From assembly GCA_963781885.1 (NCBI GenBank), contig CAWAHW010000006.1, forward strand, positions 96,001 through 160,000: DNA of 64,000 bases, written 5' to 3'. The stretch is from an uncultured Spirochaetota bacterium (GTDB taxonomy: Bacteria; Spirochaetota; Spirochaetia; SZUA-6; Fen-1364). The notes under the pieces were generated by a model, which was not told the DNA's origin, ran no database searches, and was given only the letters and a program-made list of their open reading frames with translations. Position numbers and translations under genes: made by a program. Positions 29,064-38,717 of this stretch are shown one piece after another (positions within the stretch are counted from its first letter, which is position 1; each line of letters opens with the position of its first letter).

Positions 29064-30386
29064 ATGGAGGCGGCGAAGACGGCGGCGGCTGCAACCCCTG
29101 CGACCGAGACCGCGCGGCTCATCATCGAGGGCAAGGAGTACGCGCTTCCCATCGTGCGGGGCACGGAAGGGGAGAAGGCGGTCGACATCTCGAGCCTCCG
29201 CAAGACGACGGGATTCGTGACGCTCGACAAGGGCTACGAGAACACCGGCTCCTGCCGGAGCGCCGTCACATTCATCGACGGCGAGAAGGGGATCCTCCGG
29301 TATCGCGGCTATCCCATCGATGAGCTCGCGGAGAAATCGACCTTCACCGAGGTGGCCTACCTCCTTCTCTACGGCGAGCTGCCCACGATCAACCAGCTGG
29401 ACGAGTTCTCCACGTTCCTGAACGAATCCTCCCTCATCCACGAGGACATGCTCCATTTCTTCGTCGGCTTTCCGCGCGGCTCGCACCCGATGGGGATACT
29501 GGCCACCACGGTGGCGTCGCTGTCCACCTTCTATCCCATCCCCGAGGTGATGGATGAAAAGGCGGAGCGCCAGATACTGGCCAACCTCATCTCCCAGGTG
29601 CGCACCATCGCCGCCATCTCCTACAAGAAGTCCATCGGCGAGCCGATCGTCTATCCGTCCTATCGCCTGCGCTACGTGCCGAACTTCCTCAACATGATGT
29701 TCTCCTCCCCGGTGAAAGAGCAGCAGATCGACGACGACATCGTGCGCGCCATCGACCTTTTCCTCATCCTCCACGCCGACCACGAGCAGAACTGCAGCAC
29801 CTCCACGGTCCGCATGACCGGCTCGAGCCTCGCCAACGTGTACGCCGTCATCTCGGCGGGCATCTCCGCCCTCTGGGGGCCGCGCCACGGCGGGGCCAAC
29901 CAGGAGGTCATCCGGATGCTGGAGAAGATCCGCGACGACCATGGGGACGGCACCGAGTACGTGAGACGGGCAAAGGACCGCAACACCCCCGAGCGGCTCA
30001 TGGGTTTCGGCCACCGGGTGTACAAGAGCCACGATCCCCGCGCGAAGATCCTGAAGGAGGCCTGCCACACGCTGCTCAACAAGCCGGGCATGAACGATCC
30101 TCTCTTCGACATCGCCCTGCGGCTGGAGGAGATCGCGCTGAACGACGATTACTTCATCTCGCGCAACCTTTACCCGAACGTGGATTTCTACTCCGGGCTC
30201 ATCCTCCGCGCGGCGGGAATCCCGTACGACATGTTCACCGTGCTCTTCGCCATCGGGCGCATCCCGGGCTGGCTCGCCCACTGGCGCGAGATGTACCACG
30301 GGGAAGACTTCCGCATCATGCGGCCCCGCCAGATCTACACCGGCAACCCCTGCCGCGCCTACGTGGATCGCGCCCTCCGCGGCTGA
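29064..30386 (+). CDS. gltA: Citrate synthase
   Basis: LHADHEQNCST, GPRHGGAN, GFGHRVYK, YPNVDFYSG. Confidence 0.97.
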   Translation: MEAAKTAAAATPATETARLIIEGKEYALPIVRGTEGEKAVDISSLRKTTGFVTLDKGYENTGSCRSAVTFIDGEKGILRYRGYPIDELAEKSTFTEVAYLLLYGELPTINQLDEFSTFLNESSLIHEDMLHFFVGFPRGSHPMGILATTVASLSTFYPIPEVMDEKAERQILANLISQVRTIAAISYKKSIGEPIVYPSYRLRYVPNFLNMMFSSPVKEQQIDDDIVRAIDLFLILHADHEQNCSTSTVRMTGSSLANVYAVISAGISALWGPRHGGANQEVIRMLEKIRDDHGDGTEYVRRAKDRNTPERLMGFGHRVYKSHDPRAKILKEACHTLLNKPGMNDPLFDIALRLEEIALNDDYFISRNLYPNVDFYSGLILRAAGIPYDMFTVLFAIGRIPGWLAHWREMYHGEDFRIMRPRQIYTGNPCRAYVDRALRG

Positions 30387-30399
30387 CAGCGGCACGTCC

Positions 30400-31299
30400 T
30401 TGACGACACGCAACACGCCGCGCACCGGTACGGGCGCCATGACCCGCGGCATGCTGGTCATGGCCCTCTCCAGCGTGCTCTTCTCCGCGATGTCCCTCCT
30501 GGTCCCCTTCACCAAAGAGGTGAGCGCCTTCATCATCGCCGCGGCGCGCTTCGTCACGGGCATCGTCGTGATCCTCGGCGTCGCCGCCCTGGGCCGCGCG
30601 AGCATCAAGGCAGTGAACAAACCGTGGCTCATCGTGCGCGGCGTGATCGGGGCGACATCGGTGTACCTGCTCTATCGGGGCATCATGACGCTCGGCCTCG
30701 GCAAGGGAACGGTCCTGAACTACACCTACCCGGTCTTCGCGGCACTTCTCGCGCCCCTCATGCTGAAGGAAAGGCTCACGTGGGACGTTCTTGTCGCCGC
30801 GGTCGTCGCCTTCTTCGGCATCTGGCTGGTCATCCGGCCCACCGGGGGGGGCGCCGGTGCGTTTTCCTTCAGCGTCAACGACCTGCTTGCGCTGCTCGGG
30901 GGCCTGCTCTCCGCCGTCGCGGTGGTGGCGATCAAGAAGCTGCGCGAGACCGACACCTCGTCCATCATCTATCTCGCCCAATGCGTCTTCGGGCTGCTCG
31001 TGGTGGGGGTGCCGACGGCGACGAGCTCATTCGCCTTTGCCGGCATCGAGTGGCTGATCCTCCTGGGCATCGGGCTCATCGCGACGATCGCGCAATTGAC
31101 GATGACCTGGGCGTACAAGCACGTGCCGGCCACCGAGGGGAGCCTCCTGGCATTCCTGACGCCGGTCCTCAATGTGCTGCTGGGCGTGCTCGTCTTCGGC
31201 GAGAAGCTGCAGGCCACGACGCTCCTGGGCTCGGCGCTCGTGCTGCTCTGCTGCGCCTACGTGGCGTTCCGTGACAGGATCCTGCGCCTGGACGCGTGA
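30400..31299 (+). CDS. DMT/EamA family transporter
   Basis: About 10 TMs; NYTYPVFAALLA..LKE, FGE motifs. Confidence 0.88.
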   Translation: MTTRNTPRTGTGAMTRGMLVMALSSVLFSAMSLLVPFTKEVSAFIIAAARFVTGIVVILGVAALGRASIKAVNKPWLIVRGVIGATSVYLLYRGIMTLGLGKGTVLNYTYPVFAALLAPLMLKERLTWDVLVAAVVAFFGIWLVIRPTGGGAGAFSFSVNDLLALLGGLLSAVAVVAIKKLRETDTSSIIYLAQCVFGLLVVGVPTATSSFAFAGIEWLILLGIGLIATIAQLTMTWAYKHVPATEGSLLAFLTPVLNVLLGVLVFGEKLQATTLLGSALVLLCCAYVAFRDRILRLDA

Positions 31300-31407
31300 C
31301 GCGCTCCCTTTCGTCGCCGTTCTGACAACTGCCGCTGCTTGACGCCCGGCGTGCTCTCTGCGAGAGTCCGGCTGTTCGGCCCGAAGTGGATTCAAAAGGA
31401 GCGCGAC

Positions 31408-32220
31408 ATGACGGCACGGAAATGTATCGTTCGGATGGCGTGCGTGGTGCTCCTGACCGTGACAGTCGGCGGTTGCAGCTACGTGGCGAATCTCTTCTAC
31501 TCCCAGCAATCGTACACCAATTCGAGCTTCTCCAGCGCGGGGGACCTCGTTCTGAGCGGCGATGCCACAGTCGGCGTCATGAGCGCCGACTATGACTTCG
31601 ACGTGCTGCGTCTGGTCGCGTCGGGATCGTCGAATCAGCTCGGGACCGCCTACCTCCCGACGACCATCCAGCCCGATACGGGCTTCAGCACGAGGTTTCA
31701 GTTCCGGATCGATGGGGTGACGTCCGGCTCCGGCGCTGACGGCTTCACGTTCGCGCTGCAGAGCATCCCGTTCATGGGTTCCACCCCCACGATCGGCGAT
31801 GGCGGCGGGAGCATGGGCTATGGAGGAGTTCCGCATTCCATTGCGGTTAAGTTCGACACCTATCAGAACTCTGAAACGCACGATCCGAGCTCCCACTACA
31901 TCGGCGTTGCGCTGGCGGGCGACATGGACAACACGAACTATTCCGGCGGCCAGAGCACCGTCTCCACGAATTTCGACAACGGGTCCATCTGGACCGTGTG
32001 GATCGACTATGATGGCTCGATGCTGTCCGTCTACGCCGTCAACTCGGCGACGACGTCGAAACCTTCGCTTCCCACCCTCACGTACCATTTCGACGCGGCA
32101 TCCATCCTGAGTGGGGTCGGCACCTGGGTCGGCTTCACCGCCGCCGGTGGAAGCTCGTGGGAAGAGACGAACATCCTCAACTGGTCGTTCTACAACTACA
32201 ACAATCCCTACGGCTCTTAG
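31408..32220 (+). CDS. Lipoprotein with a legume (L-type) lectin domain
   Basis: Lipobox-like TVGGC; GADGFTFALQ, VKFDTY, VWIDYDG, WVGFTAAGG, NILNWSF. Confidence 0.82.
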   Translation: MTARKCIVRMACVVLLTVTVGGCSYVANLFYSQQSYTNSSFSSAGDLVLSGDATVGVMSADYDFDVLRLVASGSSNQLGTAYLPTTIQPDTGFSTRFQFRIDGVTSGSGADGFTFALQSIPFMGSTPTIGDGGGSMGYGGVPHSIAVKFDTYQNSETHDPSSHYIGVALAGDMDNTNYSGGQSTVSTNFDNGSIWTVWIDYDGSMLSVYAVNSATTSKPSLPTLTYHFDAASILSGVGTWVGFTAAGGSSWEETNILNWSFYNYNNPYGS

Positions 32221-32272
32221 AAAGGGGTTTCGCGCCCGTCTTGCCGCCGTCCGGGCAAGGCACCGGCGGGTG

Positions 32273-33451
32273 TCAGAACTTTCGGATCGTCCGTTCGAAA
32301 CCGGGAAGCGATCTTTCGATCACGGCCGTGTCCACACAGTAGGCAATGCGGAAATAGCCCGGCGCGCTGAATCCCCGGCCCGGCACCACGAGGATCAACT
32401 CTTCCTGCAGGGCGCGCACAAAGGCGAGGTCATCGCCGCCCGGGGCGCGGGGGAAGATGTAGAAGGCGCCCTGGGGCACCTCCAGCTTGTAGCCCATCGC
32501 GCGAAGGGCGGCGCAGAAAAGGTCGCGCTTGCGCCGGTAGATCTCCACGTCCACGGCCGCACCCTGGAGGGACGCCACGGCGCGCTGCATGAGCGCGGGT
32601 GCGTTCACGTAGCCGAGGATGCGCGTGCACAGGACAACGCCGTCCACCAGACGCTGGCTGTCGTCCGCCGCCGGGTTGACCGCGGCGAAGCCGATGCGCT
32701 CCCCGGGCAGCGAAAGGTCCTTCGAATACGACGTGACAACCACCGTGTGCGGGTAGAGCGCGAGGATGCCGGGCACGACGGCCCCGTCATACGCGAGCTT
32801 CCGATAGGGCTCGTCGGCGATGAGGTAGATCGTGCGCCCGATCCTCCTGCCCGCGGCCAGGAGCATGCCGGCGAGCGCCGCGAGTGTCTCTGCGGGATAG
32901 ATGCGGCCGGTCGGGTTGTTCGGCGAGTTGACGATCACCGCCGCGGTGCGCGCCGTGATGCGGCTCTCAATGGCCGCGATATCGAGGTCGAAATCGGCGG
33001 CCGTGGGCGCGAGCACGAGCGAGCCGCCGTGGTTGTCGACGTAGGAGACGTACTCCATGAAGCAGGGAATGCTTGCGATCACTTCGTCACCGGGATCGAG
33101 CAAGGTCTTCAGCACCGCGTTCATGGCGCCGCTTGCCCCGCAGGACATCACGACGTGGCCGCCGTCCATCCGCACGCCCTGCTCGCGCGACACCTGCGCG
33201 GCGACCGCGGCGCGCACCTCGGGGAAGCCCGCGTTGGGCATGTAGCCGTGCTTGCGCGCCATCGGCGTGGCGACCAGCTCCGTCAGGACGCGCTGGAAGG
33301 CTGCCGGCGGCTCGACATCGGGATTCCCGAGGCTGAAGTCACAGACTTTCTCCGCGCCGTGCGCGGCGCGCAGCGTATTGCCCGCCTCGAACATCCTCCG
33401 TATCCAGGAGGAGCTCTCGATGGAGTCGCGTATCTTCTTACTGACCGCCAT
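32273..33451 (-). CDS. PLP-dependent aminotransferase class I/II (aspartate aminotransferase-like)
   Basis: DFSLGNP, NSPNNPTG, DEPY, SYSKDLSLPGERIG. Confidence 0.92.
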   Translation of the reverse strand: MAVSKKIRDSIESSSWIRRMFEAGNTLRAAHGAEKVCDFSLGNPDVEPPAAFQRVLTELVATPMARKHGYMPNAGFPEVRAAVAAQVSREQGVRMDGGHVVMSCGASGAMNAVLKTLLDPGDEVIASIPCFMEYVSYVDNHGGSLVLAPTAADFDLDIAAIESRITARTAAVIVNSPNNPTGRIYPAETLAALAGMLLAAGRRIGRTIYLIADEPYRKLAYDGAVVPGILALYPHTVVVTSYSKDLSLPGERIGFAAVNPAADDSQRLVDGVVLCTRILGYVNAPALMQRAVASLQGAAVDVEIYRRKRDLFCAALRAMGYKLEVPQGAFYIFPRAPGGDDLAFVRALQEELILVVPGRGFSAPGYFRIAYCVDTAVIERSLPGFERTIRKF

Positions 33452-34529
33452 GGCATTCTTCTCCGATCGCGCGCAGGAGCGCGTCCATGTCACCGTCGGC
33501 GCCGATGCTGATGCGAAGCCCGTCGGATACGGGTCCCGTCTTCCAGTGCCGCACCAGAAAGCCGCGGCGCAGGAGGCCGTCGTACAGGCGCCCGGCGTCG
33601 CTGCCGGCGGGCGGCACGGCGAAGAGGAAGTTCGCCCGCGAAGGAAGGACCCGAAAACCCCTTTCGGCAAGAGCCGCGCTGAAGCGGCCGCGGGTGGCGA
33701 GTATCGCGTCCCGCGTCTTTCGAAAATAGGCCTGGTCGTCGAGCGCGGCATCGGCGGCGATCTGCGCGAGCCCGCTCACATTGTAGCTGTCCTTCGTCTT
33801 CATCATCTCGCGGATGATGGCCTCATGGGCGAAGGCGAAGCCGACGCGCATTCCCGCGAGCGAATAGGCCTTTGACATCGTGCGCACGACGATGAGACGC
33901 GGGGAAGAGGCCAGGAGCGGCAGGCTTGATTCGGCAGCGAAGTCCACGTAGGCCTCGTCGGCCACCACGATGCCGTCGAAACGCTCCAGGAGGCGCGCCA
34001 CCCACGCGGTGGGAAAGCCCACGCCGTACGGCGAGTTGGGCGAAGACAGGAAGAAAATGCGGGCCTTCGGTGAGGGCACGGGGATGCCGCTCATGTCCGC
34101 GTCATTTTCCACCCGGGGGAGCGGGACGGCCGCCGTCCGCGCGTCCGCGAGCGTCGCGAGCACCGGATAGAGGGAATACGACGGGCTGAAATAGGCGATG
34201 GCATCGCCCTGGTTCACGAACGTGCGCATGAGCAGGGAAAGGATTTCGTCCGAGCCGTTGCCGCACAGGATCTGCGACGCTTCCACGCCGTACAGGGAGG
34301 CAGCGCGTTCGCGCAGGGCGCCCGCGTCAGGACTGGGGTACAGCCGCAACGTGCCTTCCGTCGCGTCGCGCAGCGCGGCGAGCACCCGCGGGGAAGGCGG
34401 GAAGGGGTTCTCATTCGTATTCAGCTTCACGAGGCGCTCGCCCGGTTTCGGCTGCAGGCCGGGAACGTAGCCGTCCATTTTCCGTACCGTCTTGCGGACG
34501 AAACCGAGGGCCTTCTCGACTTGGCTCAT
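33438..34529 (-). CDS. hisC: Histidinol-phosphate aminotransferase
   Basis: KLNTNENP, GNGSDE, DEAYVDF, RTMSKAYSLAGMRVG. Confidence 0.93.
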   Translation of the reverse strand: MSQVEKALGFVRKTVRKMDGYVPGLQPKPGERLVKLNTNENPFPPSPRVLAALRDATEGTLRLYPSPDAGALRERAASLYGVEASQILCGNGSDEILSLLMRTFVNQGDAIAYFSPSYSLYPVLATLADARTAAVPLPRVENDADMSGIPVPSPKARIFFLSSPNSPYGVGFPTAWVARLLERFDGIVVADEAYVDFAAESSLPLLASSPRLIVVRTMSKAYSLAGMRVGFAFAHEAIIREMMKTKDSYNVSGLAQIAADAALDDQAYFRKTRDAILATRGRFSAALAERGFRVLPSRANFLFAVPPAGSDAGRLYDGLLRRGFLVRHWKTGPVSDGLRISIGADGDMDALLRAIGEECHGGQ

Positions 34530-34628
34530 GCAGGGAGTGTAGCAGAACGGGCGGGGCGGCAACAAGAAGCAGCCGCGCGGCGTTTCAATGGACTTGACTT
34601 CGCCTGCTTTTCTTCCTATATCTCCATT

Positions 34629-35018
34629 ATGGCGATTATGGTTTCTGACAAGGCAGCAGGACAGCTTTCGACGATCCTCTCGGAGCAGGGAAAGCCCGGG
34701 GCATGTCTTCGGGTCTGGGTCGCGGGTCTTGGTTGCTCGGGTTACCGCTACGGCATGGGCATCGACGAAAAGGAGCCCGAAGAGGGCGACCAGATATTCG
34801 AATCGCACGGGATACGCATCCTCGTGGATCCGCAGAGCCTCTCCTATATGGACGGCGCCTTGGTGAACTGGGTGGACGAGCCGGACAACAGCGGCTTTGC
34901 CATCGACAATCCCAACCCCGCGCCGGAGAAGGAATGCGACTGCGCCGGCGGATGCGCAACCGGCGCCCACGCTCACGGCGACCACGTGCACGCTGAGGAA
35001 GGCGAAGACCGTTGCTGA
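34629..35018 (+). CDS. HesB/IscA/ErpA-family Fe-S carrier with a His-rich tail
   Basis: GCSGYRY, LVDPQS..YMDG, NPN, CDC. Confidence 0.88.
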   Translation: MAIMVSDKAAGQLSTILSEQGKPGACLRVWVAGLGCSGYRYGMGIDEKEPEEGDQIFESHGIRILVDPQSLSYMDGALVNWVDEPDNSGFAIDNPNPAPEKECDCAGGCATGAHAHGDHVHAEEGEDRC

Positions 35019-35073
35019 CCTGACGCTGCGGCGGCACGCCGCGGTCATCTGCCGAAAAGCGTACTCTGCCCGG

Positions 35074-35547
35074 TCAGAATGCCATCATCTCGGAAAGCTT
35101 GTGTATGTGGCCTTCCTCTTCCGCGATGATTGCCATGATGTCGCGGGCAATGGGTTCCGCGCCCGGCAGGGCTGAAAGAGCCTTGTAGAGATCGATACTC
35201 TTCTTTTCCATCGCCGCGCCGAAGCTCAATGCGTCGTGACTCGATGAAATGGCATCCGAGGCGAGCAGCTGTTCCAGGGGAACGACGATATCATGCTGCA
35301 GCATCTTCTCCAGGCCTGCGCCCGGCTTGCTCGACACGGACTTTCCCTTCTTCTTCAGCATCTCCTGAAAGAGCGCCTTGTGGCGCGCCTCCTCTTCCCG
35401 GAGGAACCTGACCTCGTTCTTGACCCTGCGCTCGGGGCTCTTCTCGATGAAGGCCGAATAGAAGTCGTAACCCTTCTGCTCCAGGACCACCGCCATCGCC
35501 AGCAGCTCCTCCACCTTGAAGCCCGTGAGGTCCCATTCCTCCGCCAT
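35074..35547 (-). CDS. Ferritin/rubrerythrin-like diiron protein
   Basis: LEQKGYDFY, EEARH, MEKKSIDLY, EEEGH. Confidence 0.82.
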   Translation of the reverse strand: MAEEWDLTGFKVEELLAMAVVLEQKGYDFYSAFIEKSPERRVKNEVRFLREEEARHKALFQEMLKKKGKSVSSKPGAGLEKMLQHDIVVPLEQLLASDAISSSHDALSFGAAMEKKSIDLYKALSALPGAEPIARDIMAIIAEEEGHIHKLSEMMAF

Positions 35548-35681
35548 CACATCCTCCTTCATCATTTCAACACTCCGCAAACTGTGGACCCGCGCCGGGC
35601 ATTTGGCAAGGAATTGTTGCGCAAAAAGCATCCAAACCGGCCTCTCCGGTGTAGTACCTTCATGTGAGAAGGGGTGCGGTG

Positions 35682-36704
35682 ATGAAGACAGACCAGGAGA
35701 CCTTGCAGAGCGTCGAGTCGAGCGACGAATCGTGCATGCGCGCCCTCGGCCGGCGCCAGTCGGATGGGCTTCAGCCGCTTTTCTCCCGCTACGCGCCCCT
35801 TGTCTTCCACATCGCCTCGGAAAGCCTCGGACCGGCCGCCGCGGAAGACATCGTCCAGGACATCTTTCTCACCGTCTGGAGAAAGGCCGACACCTTCGAT
35901 CCCCGTCGCGGCGCGTTCCGCCCGTGGCTCATGCAGATCACGCACCACCGGATCCTCAATGAGCTGCGCACCCGCAGCCGGCGACCCCTGATCGACGCCG
36001 AATCGGGAGTGGAGGAGGTGGAGCGACTTCCCGACGCGCGCTCGGAGCCGGCGGAGGCCGCCTGGCAGGCGTATCGGCGCGGTGCGGTGCGCGCGGCGGT
36101 CGAGCGGCTTCCCCCTTCGCAGCGCCAGGCGCTCAGTCTTGCCTTTTTCGAGGAGCTCACGCACGACCAGGTCGCCGCTGCGCTGAACCTGCCGCTTGGA
36201 ACGGTGAAGGCGAGGATACGCGCGGGGCTGGGGAAGCTGCGCTACATTCTGGCGCCGCTGGGGGTGGCGGCCGTCGCCGTCGCCGTGCTGGCGGGCTATG
36301 GACTGCGCGTGCACGCGCAGCGGGTGCTCGCGCAGAGAAACGACCGCGCCCTGTCAATGGCGACGATGAGCGACGTCACGATCCTCCACGTGCCCGCCGC
36401 GCCCGGCGTCACGGGCGGCACCCATGGTTCTTATCGATACCGGCCGAAGTCGAACATCGGCGTGTTTGCGCTGCACGAGTTCCCCGCCGCGCCGGCGGGA
36501 AGGACGTACCAGGGATGGGCGCGGAGCAATGGGAGTTGGATCTCCATGGGCACGGCGAAGCCCGATTCCGAAGGGGACGCGCTGCTCGTGGCGGAAAACC
36601 CCGCGGTCACGGAGCCGCCGGAGGCGGTGAAGGTCACCGTGGAGCCCGCGGGCGGCAGCAGCCAACCCACGGGTCCCGCCGTCATCCTCTGGGAAGGAAA
36701 ATAG
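35682..36704 (+). CDS. SigK-like ECF sigma factor fused via a TM helix to an RskA-like C-terminal domain
   Basis: Sigma2 AEDIVQDIF..WL; sigma4 LPLGTVKARIRAGL; TM; TYQGW and VTVEPAGGSSQPTGP. Confidence 0.8.
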   Translation: MKTDQETLQSVESSDESCMRALGRRQSDGLQPLFSRYAPLVFHIASESLGPAAAEDIVQDIFLTVWRKADTFDPRRGAFRPWLMQITHHRILNELRTRSRRPLIDAESGVEEVERLPDARSEPAEAAWQAYRRGAVRAAVERLPPSQRQALSLAFFEELTHDQVAAALNLPLGTVKARIRAGLGKLRYILAPLGVAAVAVAVLAGYGLRVHAQRVLAQRNDRALSMATMSDVTILHVPAAPGVTGGTHGSYRYRPKSNIGVFALHEFPAAPAGRTYQGWARSNGSWISMGTAKPDSEGDALLVAENPAVTEPPEAVKVTVEPAGGSSQPTGPAVILWEGK

Positions 36705-36731
36705 CACCCGCCGCGGCGCGGCGGGTCGCTC

Positions 36732-37373
36732 CTACGTCAGCGAGAAGGGCGGATAGAGGTCCGTCACCAGGAGAAACGCGTACGATGTGGCCCGCAGCGA
36801 CCAGCGCCCGACGCCCACGACGAACGTGAAGAAGCCCCGCGGATAGCGCCCCGTGAAGAGAATGGCAAACCAGGAGATCACGACGCAGAAGGCCGCCGCG
36901 ATCCCGAGGAAGAACAGGATGAACCAGTGGGGGATGGCGAGGAACCATTTCACCAGGGGCATGCCCCGCTTCAGATCCTTGCCGGCATCCGGGTAGGAGA
37001 AGCCGATGTGCACGGCCTGCTCGCGCTCGGTGGAGGGGAACTCATCGGTGAGCAGGGCCGCGTAGGCGCCGACCCGCCCGGCGAATCTCGTGAGGTTGAG
37101 GTTCCAGTCGAACCACCAGCGCGGGTACTTCCGGCGGAAGAGGATCATGAGGAGCACGGGCACGAACAACACCGTGCCGGAGACGAAAAGGATCCTCCAG
37201 GCATTGGCCACCCACGCGTGCTCGCCGATTCCCCACCCCCATGCCGGGCCTGCGAGCAGGGCCAGCATGACGGCGGGCGGGATGATCGTGATGAAACGGA
37301 AAAAGGAGGTGAGCCGGTTGAGCGCCCTGTCGGGGTAGTCCACCTCGAAGGTTACGGGATAGGTATCGGCCAT
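36732..37373 (-). CDS. DUF4389-like membrane protein
   Basis: Repeated ILF.xxYPR, LTDEFP / VTDLYPPFSL motifs. Confidence 0.82.
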   Translation of the reverse strand: MADTYPVTFEVDYPDRALNRLTSFFRFITIIPPAVMLALLAGPAWGWGIGEHAWVANAWRILFVSGTVLFVPVLLMILFRRKYPRWWFDWNLNLTRFAGRVGAYAALLTDEFPSTEREQAVHIGFSYPDAGKDLKRGMPLVKWFLAIPHWFILFFLGIAAAFCVVISWFAILFTGRYPRGFFTFVVGVGRWSLRATSYAFLLVTDLYPPFSLT

Positions 37374-37468
37374 GTCGCCACTCCTTGCATCCAGGATGGG
37401 CAGATTCTAACCCCCGCGTAACGGATCGGCAATCCTGCGGCCGCATCCCGGTTCGGCGAAGGCCGCTC

Positions 37469-38551
37469 TCATCGACGATCCTTGCGGAAGCTCTTCGCGT
37501 ACTTCGCGCGAGCCTTCAGCATCTGCCGCTGCTCCGCCTGCGCCCGCACGTCGTCGCGCGTGAGCAGGTAGGTGAGCTCCCGCTGCTGCTTCCTCCAGCC
37601 CTGGTAGCGCTCTTCGGTGAGCGTCCCTTGCTCCCGCGCGGCCTGCACCGCGCAGCCGGGCTCCGCGGCGTGCGTGCAGTCGGAGAACCGGCACGCGTGC
37701 GCGAGCTCGTCGATGTCGGAGAAGGACGCCGCCAGGTCCTCCTCTGTGCCGTAGAGACCGACCTCCCGCATTCCCGGGTTGTCGATGAGCAGCGCGCCGG
37801 ACGGGATGACCACCAGCTCCCGGTGCGTCGTCGTATGCCGTCCCCTGCTGTCGTCGGCGCGCACCGCCGCGGTTGCCATGTGCGCGCTGCCCAGGAGCCG
37901 GTTGATGAGCGTGGACTTGCCGACGCCGGATGAGCCCAGCAGGGCCGCGGTCCGGCCGGGCAGAAGCGCTCCCTGAAGCGCCTCCATGCCCATGCCCGTC
38001 TCCGCGCTCACGGCGAGCACGGGCGCGCCGATGGCCGCCGCCTCGGTCTCCGCGACGCGCGCGGAGAGCTCCGCGCACAGGTCGGCCTTGTTGAGGGCGA
38101 CGACAGGCTGCGCGCCGCTGCCCCACGCGAGCGTGAGGTAGCGCTCCAGCCGGCGAAGGTTGAAGTCGTGATCCAATGCCATGACGATGAGCGCCGTATC
38201 GATGTTCGCCGCCACGACCTGCCGCTGCGGCATACTGGGCGCACCGGACCCCTGCGCAGCCCTACGCACGAACGCGCTCGACCGGGGAAGCAGGGCGTGG
38301 ACCGTTGCCCGTCCGTCCTCCGGCCGCGGCGTGACGGCGACCCAGTCGCCCACGACGGGGAAATCGGATTTCTCCACCGTCTCATGGCGATAGCGGCCCG
38401 ACACCTCCGCGCGCAGCTCGCCTTGCGGACCGGTGACGGTGCACAGCTCGCGCTGCCCGACGATCACGCGCGCGGGCACGAGGCCCGTACCCGAATACGA
38501 TTCGAACTCCTGTGCGAAACGGCTGTTCCAGCCGAGTGATGCAAGCTCCAA
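37469..38551 (-). CDS. rsgA: Ribosome small subunit-dependent GTPase A
   Basis: PVVGDWV, NKADL, GSSGVGKSTL, GRHTTT, DNPGMRE, CRFSDCTH..EPGC; start uncertain. Confidence 0.93.
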   Translation of the reverse strand: MELASLGWNSRFAQEFESYSGTGLVPARVIVGQRELCTVTGPQGELRAEVSGRYRHETVEKSDFPVVGDWVAVTPRPEDGRATVHALLPRSSAFVRRAAQGSGAPSMPQRQVVAANIDTALIVMALDHDFNLRRLERYLTLAWGSGAQPVVALNKADLCAELSARVAETEAAAIGAPVLAVSAETGMGMEALQGALLPGRTAALLGSSGVGKSTLINRLLGSAHMATAAVRADDSRGRHTTTHRELVVIPSGALLIDNPGMREVGLYGTEEDLAASFSDIDELAHACRFSDCTHAAEPGCAVQAAREQGTLTEERYQGWRKQQRELTYLLTRDDVRAQAEQRQMLKARAKYAKSFRKDRR

Positions 38552-38717
38552 TGGTTTTTCCTCCGTGTTCGCAGCGGCACGGCGCGCGGACGCGCGTCTG
38601 CCGGACACTGCGGTCGTGCCACGGCGGAAAGAGGAGCCTCGGCGTTTTGCGGAAAGGGAGGACTACCTCGATCCGCCCCGGGGGGACGTGTGTGTGAAGA
38701 AGGTGCGGGCAATCATA

